From positions 1,186,522 through 1,250,521 of the forward strand of contig JAXMCA010000001.1 in NCBI GenBank assembly GCA_046349595.1: a stretch of DNA of 64,000 nucleotides. Direction: 5' to 3'. The stretch's first letter is position 1. Every line of letters starts with the position of its first letter. Below the pieces are notes generated by a model. That model was not told the origin of the DNA, ran no database searches, and saw only the letters and a program-made list of their open reading frames with translations. Source of the DNA: Planctomycetota bacterium (lineage in GTDB: Bacteria; Planctomycetota; UBA1135; UBA2386). Made by a program: the position numbers and the translations under genes. Positions 59,465 through 64,000 of this stretch are shown piece by piece.

Positions 59465-60397
59465 TCAGACTTCCGCGCGCGAGCCCTTGTCGAACTGCAG
59501 GATCGCGTCGACGAAGCCGGTCGCGTCGAAGGGTTCGAGGTCTTCGATGCCTTCGCCGACGCCGATGAACTTGACCGGCAGCGGCACCTCCTCGCGGATG
59601 CCGAAGACGGCGCCACCCTTCGCGGTGCCGTCCATCTTGGCGAGGATCAGGCCGGTCACACCGGCGACCATTCCGAACTCCTTGGCCTGGCGGATCGCGT
59701 TCTGGCCGGTGGTGCCGTCCAGCACCTGCAGCACCTCGTGCGGCGCGCCGGGGATCTGCTTGCTCACGACGCGCACCACCTTGCCGAGCTCGTCCATCAG
59801 GTTCTTCTGCGTGTGCAGGCGACCCGCGGTGTCGAGCACCAGGTAGTCCACGCCGCGCGCCTTGGCCGCGGCGCAGGCGTCGAAGGCGACGGCCGCCGGG
59901 TCCGCGCCGGGACCCTGCTTGACGATGCCGATGCCGAGCCGCTCCGACCACAGCGTGAGCTGCTCGACGGCCGCCGCGCGGAAGGTGTCACCCGCGCCGA
60001 GCAGGACCTTCTTGCCGTCCTTCTGCAGGCGTCGCGCCAGCTTGGCGATCGAGGTGGTCTTGCCCGAGCCGTTGACGCCGACGACGACGATCACCGTCGG
60101 TCCCGACGCCGCGCGCGCCAGTGTGCCCTCGCAGCCCTGCAGCCGCGCGAGCAGCTTCTCGCGCAGGAAGGCCGGCACCTGCGCGGTCTCCTGGACCTCG
60201 CGCTTCTTCCAGGACTGCTTCAGCTCCTCGACGATCTTCGTGCCGGTCGGGCCGAGGTCGCTGGTGTAGAGCACCTCCTCGAGTTCATCGAGGAAGTCCT
60301 GGTCGAGCTTGCGTCCGCCGCCGAACAGGCGTGCCAGTCCGGCCGCGAGTTTCTCACGCGTCTTGCGAAGGCCCGCGAAGAGCTTGCCGAACACCAT
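59465..60397 (-). CDS. ftsY: signal recognition particle receptor FtsY (short NG-type)
   Basis: GVNGSGKTTSIAKLA, DTAGRLH, TKMDGTAKGG-type (AKMDGTAKGG) and FIGVGEGIEDL. Confidence 0.95.
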   Translation of the reverse strand: MVFGKLFAGLRKTREKLAAGLARLFGGGRKLDQDFLDELEEVLYTSDLGPTGTKIVEELKQSWKKREVQETAQVPAFLREKLLARLQGCEGTLARAASGPTVIVVVGVNGSGKTTSIAKLARRLQKDGKKVLLGAGDTFRAAAVEQLTLWSERLGIGIVKQGPGADPAAVAFDACAAAKARGVDYLVLDTAGRLHTQKNLMDELGKVVRVVSKQIPGAPHEVLQVLDGTTGQNAIRQAKEFGMVAGVTGLILAKMDGTAKGGAVFGIREEVPLPVKFIGVGEGIEDLEPFDATGFVDAILQFDKGSRAEV

Positions 60398-60444
60398 GGC
60401 GGAAGGACTTCACCCCGCGTGCGCGCGGGTGTCAACGACGGCGC

Positions 60445-60996
60445 TCATCCCTGCGCCGGATTGCTCGCGCCACCGTTGTCCTTGCTGACGCCGTTGTCCT
60501 TGCTGACACCGTTGTCCTTGTCCCCGCTGCCGCCCTTGTCGCTCTTGCCGCCCCTGCCACCCCGGTCACCGCTCTCGCCGAGCTTGTCGATGCGGATGCG
60601 GTCGAGGATGCCGTTGATGAAGGCGCCCGAGTTGGCCGTCGAGAAGCGCTTGCCGAGCTCGATCGCCTCGTTGATCACGACCTTCGGCGGCACGTCGGTG
60701 CAGTGCAGCATCTCGAAGGTCGACATGCGGAGGATGTTGCGGTCGACGGCCGCCATGCGGCGCAGGTCCCAGTTGCGCGCCACGGCGCGCAGGATCGTGT
60801 CGATCTCCTCCTTGTGGCGACGCGTGCCGAGCGCGAGGCGCTTGCAGAACTCCTTCGCGTCGGGATCGCCCAGCACGCCGTCCTCCACCGCCTGCTCGAG
60901 GAACTTGTCGAACTGCTCCCAGGTCTCCTCACCACGCTGGTCGACCTGGTAGAGGAACTGCATCGCGGTCTCGCGAGCCTTGGTGCGGCGGCGCAT
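60445..60996 (-). CDS. nusB: transcription antitermination factor NusB with repetitive C-terminal tail
   Basis: ARETAMQFLYQVD...AAVDRNILRMSTFEML...NEAIELGKRFS...FINGILD. It lies downstream of ribH. Confidence 0.9.
   Translation of the reverse strand: MRRRTKARETAMQFLYQVDQRGEETWEQFDKFLEQAVEDGVLGDPDAKEFCKRLALGTRRHKEEIDTILRAVARNWDLRRMAAVDRNILRMSTFEMLHCTDVPPKVVINEAIELGKRFSTANSGAFINGILDRIRIDKLGESGDRGGRGGKSDKGGSGDKDNGVSKDNGVSKDNGGASNPAQG
60472..60520. repeat. 18-bp tandem repeat (about 2.7 copies) in the nusB 3' tail
   Basis: ACCGTTGTCCTTGCTGAC, GCCGTTGTCCTTGCTGAC, ACCGTTGTCCTTG, which encode DKDNGVSKDNGVSKDNGG. Confidence 0.85.
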
Positions 60997-61073
60997 GGCG
61001 GAATCGGGGCGTGCGGCAAAGAGCGGGGCGGGAAGCGTAGCGTCCGTCGGCGTGCAGACAATCGCCCCGGGCC

Positions 61074-61553
61074 TCAGGCCCGGTGCAGGCTGCGGCGCAG
61101 CGCGCACATCTGCAGCGCCGCGAGAGCGGCGTCCTCTCCCTTGTTGCCGGCCGAGCCGCCTGCCCGGGCGAAGGCCTGCTCCGCAGTGTCACAGGTCAGC
61201 AGTCCGAAGCCGATCGGCACGCCGGTCTTGAGCTGCACCCTCGCCACGCCCCGCGAGGCCTCGCCGCAGACATAGACGTAGTGGTCGGTGTCGCCCCGGA
61301 TCACCGCCCCCAAGGCGACCACGGCGTCGAAGCGCCCGGTTCCGATCACCATGCTGCAGGCGAGCGGCAACTCGAAGGCGCCGGGGATGGCGAAGGACTC
61401 GATCGCGTCGGGCGCCACACCGCTGGCCAGTAGGGTGCGACGGGCTCCCTCGCACAGCTTGTCGGTCGCCTCGTGGTTGAAGCGGGCGGTGACGATCGCG
61501 ACGCGGAGACCCTTGCCGTCGACGGGCGCGGACTGGTCCTGGGACAGGCGCAT
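61074..61553 (-). CDS. ribH: 6,7-dimethyl-8-ribityllumazine synthase
   Basis: RVAIVTARFNHEATDKL...IPGAFELP...GAVIRGDTDHYVYVC. Confidence 0.95.
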   Translation of the reverse strand: MRLSQDQSAPVDGKGLRVAIVTARFNHEATDKLCEGARRTLLASGVAPDAIESFAIPGAFELPLACSMVIGTGRFDAVVALGAVIRGDTDHYVYVCGEASRGVARVQLKTGVPIGFGLLTCDTAEQAFARAGGSAGNKGEDAALAALQMCALRRSLHRA

Positions 61554-61643
61554 GCCCCGCTTGTAGCGGTCGCGGGCCGTCTCCGGAACGCAGGCTTGTC
61601 GTGCTTGTGGAGGCCGTTCCTTGGCTCATGATGCCGCCCACGC

Positions 61644-62021
61644 ATGGTCGGCCTGTTCTGGATCTGCTTCGCCGCGACCCTCTTGCTGCTCGGCCTGACC
61701 CTGCGGACCGGATTCGCGGGTCGGCGTCGACCGCATGTCGCCCTCGCCCTCGCGACGGTCGCGATGCTCACCGTCACCGTGCTGCTCACCGAGGCTCTGC
61801 TCCGGGCCGTGGTGTTCCCCGAGAAGGAGATGGGCATCCATCTGGTCTTCGCGAAGAGCGGAGCCCTCCTCGTCCTGCCGGTTGCGCTGACCGGCATCGC
61901 GACCTGGAAGCGGCGCGCCTTCCTGCGCTGGCACCTGATCGCCGTCCTGCTGTTCCTGGTCGCGGCCGTGACGGCGACCGGGACGGGGATCTGGGTCTAC
62001 TCGCTGTCGACCCCGCGCTGA
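61644..62021 (+). CDS. hypothetical membrane protein (about 4 TM helices)
   Basis: MVGLFWICFAATLLLLGLTL and three more hydrophobic segments. Confidence 0.5.
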   Translation: MVGLFWICFAATLLLLGLTLRTGFAGRRRPHVALALATVAMLTVTVLLTEALLRAVVFPEKEMGIHLVFAKSGALLVLPVALTGIATWKRRAFLRWHLIAVLLFLVAAVTATGTGIWVYSLSTPR

Positions 62022-62075
62022 GGACCGCCGTGGTCCGACTGCAGCCCGGCGCGGCGCGCGGCCGATAGCCCCTGG

Positions 62076-62702
62076 GTGCAGACGCTGACGCCGCCCTCGC
62101 GGCCGCAGCTCGGGGAACCGCGCACGGCGCCGCTCCCCGCCCCGCGGCCGGAAGCTCGCCTGGAGTCCGGAGCGCCGTTCGTGTCTGCCGCGCAGCCGCC
62201 GGCCCGGCGCCGGCGCTCGTTCTGGCGCGACGCCCTCTCCGGCTTCCTCCTGGTCGCGATGCTGCACGCCTTCGTCGTGCAGGTCTCGGTGGTGCGCGGT
62301 CATTCGATGGAGCCCTGCCTCCACGACGGCGACCGCCTCGTCGTCGACCGCGTCGGCGCCGACCTCGTCGGTCTGTCGCGCTTCGACGTGGTGGTGCTCG
62401 GCAATCCGCGCGACCCCTCGGTCGACTACGTCAAGCGCATCGCCGGCCTGCCCGGCGAGCGCGTCGCGTTGCACGACGGCCATCTGTGGGTCGACGGCAG
62501 GGCGATCGACGAGCGCTTCGGACCGATCGCCGACCACGCGGAGTTCCCGACCCTCCTCGTGCCGCAGGGCCACGTCTTCGTGCTCGGCGACAACCGGCCG
62601 ATCTCCTGCGACTCGCGCGAGTTCGGCCTGGTGCCCGTCGCCCTGCTGCGCGGGACGGTGCGCGCACGCTTCTGGCCGATCGATCGGATCGCGGTGTTCT
62701 GA
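62076..62702 (+). CDS. lepB: signal peptidase I
   Basis: RGHSMEPCL (catalytic Ser), YVKRIAGLPGE (Lys) and GDNRPISCDSREFG. Confidence 0.85.
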   Translation: MQTLTPPSRPQLGEPRTAPLPAPRPEARLESGAPFVSAAQPPARRRRSFWRDALSGFLLVAMLHAFVVQVSVVRGHSMEPCLHDGDRLVVDRVGADLVGLSRFDVVVLGNPRDPSVDYVKRIAGLPGERVALHDGHLWVDGRAIDERFGPIADHAEFPTLLVPQGHVFVLGDNRPISCDSREFGLVPVALLRGTVRARFWPIDRIAVF

Positions 62703-62733
62703 TCGCTCGCGCAGGCACGCTACGCTGCCGCGC

Positions 62734-63399
62734 GTGGACGGCGATCGCATCCTGGTGACCGGTGGACTGAGCGGCATCGCGCAGGGCGTGGTGGCGCGCC
62801 ATCCGCAGCGCTGCGTGGTGTGGTCGCGTCGCGCGAACGGTGTCGATGTCACCGATGCGTCGAGCGTGCAGCGCGCCGCCGAGGGATTCCTGCGCGAGCA
62901 CGGTGCGCCCTTCGCGATCGTGCACGGGGTGGGGGACTTCGAGGAGCGTCCGCTGCTGCAGACCGACGACGCGCTGTGGCGACAGATGCTGGACGGCAAC
63001 CTCACCAGCGCCTTCCTGGTCGCTCGCGCGCTGGTGCCGGCCATGTGCACGGCGCGGCGCGGTCGCGTGATCTTCTTCAGCGCCGCCGGCGCCGAGGATC
63101 GCACCGCGAAGACGCGCGCGCCGGCCTACTTCGCCGCGAAGGCGGGCCTGACCTCGCTCGCGCGCTCGCTCGCCAAGGAGGTGGCGCCGCACGGCGTGAC
63201 CGTCAACGTCATCGCGCCGGGCATCATCCGCCACGACCACAGCCACGCGGCGAGCCAGGATCGCATGCAATCGCGGGTGCCGCTCGGCCGTGCGGGCGAG
63301 GTGCGTGATCTGCTGGGCGCGATCGACCTGCTGCTCTCGGACGCAGGTAGCTATGTCACCGGCGACGTGTGGACCGTGGACGGTGGGCTCTCCCTGTAG
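62734..63399 (+). CDS. short-chain dehydrogenase/reductase family oxidoreductase
   Basis: ILVTGGLSGIA, YFAAK (YxxxK) and NVIAPGII...VTGDVWTVDGG. Confidence 0.8.
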   Translation: MDGDRILVTGGLSGIAQGVVARHPQRCVVWSRRANGVDVTDASSVQRAAEGFLREHGAPFAIVHGVGDFEERPLLQTDDALWRQMLDGNLTSAFLVARALVPAMCTARRGRVIFFSAAGAEDRTAKTRAPAYFAAKAGLTSLARSLAKEVAPHGVTVNVIAPGIIRHDHSHAASQDRMQSRVPLGRAGEVRDLLGAIDLLLSDAGSYVTGDVWTVDGGLSL

Positions 63400-63405
63400 C
63401 CGCAG

Positions 63406-64000
63406 TCAGTTCGCCGGCTCGATCTCCCGCACCACCCGATTGCGCAGCAGGCCCACGCCTTCCAGCGTGCAGGTCATCACGTCGCCGTGCGCGATCGGGC
63501 CGACGCCCTCGGGTGTGCCCATCGCGATCAGGTCGCCGGGGCGCAGCGTGGTGTGGCGGCTGAGGTATTCGATCGCCTCCGCGACGCCGACGACCATCAG
63601 GCTGGTGCGGCTGGATTGGCGATGCGTGTCGTTCACCCAGCAGTCGAGCGCGAGGTCGGGTCGGTCGCCCAGAGCTTCGCGCGGCACCACGAAGGGGCCG
63701 AGCGGACAGAAGGTGTCGAAGGACTTGCAGCGCAGCCAGGGGCGTTGATTGCCGCGGTCGTCGCCCTGCATCTTGCGGGCGGTGACGTCGTTGAGCAGCG
63801 TGTAGCCCGCGACCAGCGCCATCGCGTCCTGCGCGCGCACGTACTTGCGCCCGCGACGGTCCGGGTCGGAGAAGCCGAGCACCACGCCGAGTTCGACCTC
63901 GTGGTCGATGCGCGTGTCGACCCAGTGCGGCAGCACAACCTCGCCTTCGTGGGGCAGCAGCGTGTCGGGCAGCTTGGTGAAGAAGATCGGCTCCTCGGGG
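63406..64000 (-). CDS. fumarylacetoacetate hydrolase (FAH) family protein, 5' end beyond the window
   Basis: HEVELGVVLG...NDVTAR...KSFDTFCPLGP...PGDLIAMGTPEGVG. The reading frame stays open to position 64000. Confidence 0.85.
   Translation of the reverse strand, partial: PEEPIFFTKLPDTLLPHEGEVVLPHWVDTRIDHEVELGVVLGFSDPDRRGRKYVRAQDAMALVAGYTLLNDVTARKMQGDDRGNQRPWLRCKSFDTFCPLGPFVVPREALGDRPDLALDCWVNDTHRQSSRTSLMVVGVAEAIEYLSRHTTLRPGDLIAMGTPEGVGPIAHGDVMTCTLEGVGLLRNRVVREIEPAN

Noticed and set aside
60472-60520. Short direct repeats as a possible CRISPR array
   Set aside because: These are contiguous 18-bp units without spacers, lying inside the nusB reading frame. It is a coding microsatellite, not CRISPR.

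Overview
Very GC-rich bacterial chromosomal segment. Third codon positions are almost all G/C, and this produces many long spurious antisense ORFs in the track. I support about 60 genes, mostly housekeeping.

Gene order, left to right:
- A CDP-sugar modification operon (rfbF, SDR epimerase, two methyltransferases).
- A three-gene module around a cytoplasmic papain-like (C1) peptidase.
- yqeY, then a secreted Kelch propeller.
- An ABC/AAA_21-type ATPase translationally coupled to a small Toprim-like protein that is split by a frameshift.
- lhgO, futalosine-pathway genes mqnB and mqnD, and a PSCyt1-LRR protein.
- thrC, a CDF transporter and modABC.
- gcvP coupled to an RluA-type pseudouridine synthase.
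- A frameshifted esterase and a ~1000-aa beta-helix repeat protein.
- corA.
- A complete RtcR-controlled RNA-repair locus: rtcR, a sigma-54 promoter, rsr (Ro60), three Y-RNA-like modules, rtcB and rtcA.
- An MscK-like channel, rsmE and a GGDEF protein with a degenerate receiver.
- rpsB-tsf-pyrH-frr and tRNA-Lys(UUU).
- A PpiD-like protein and sodB.
- A second glycan cluster (two methyltransferases, a flavoprotein, GT2, an O-antigen-ligase-like protein).
- ftsY, nusB, ribH, lepB, an SDR and a FAH-family gene.

I saw no CRISPR array, rRNA, transposase or integrase.

The most interesting items are the unannotated structured RNAs between rsr and rtcB, the ATPase/Toprim pair, the peptidase module and two frameshifted genes. 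All functional calls come from motif and family recognition by eye. No database search was run.
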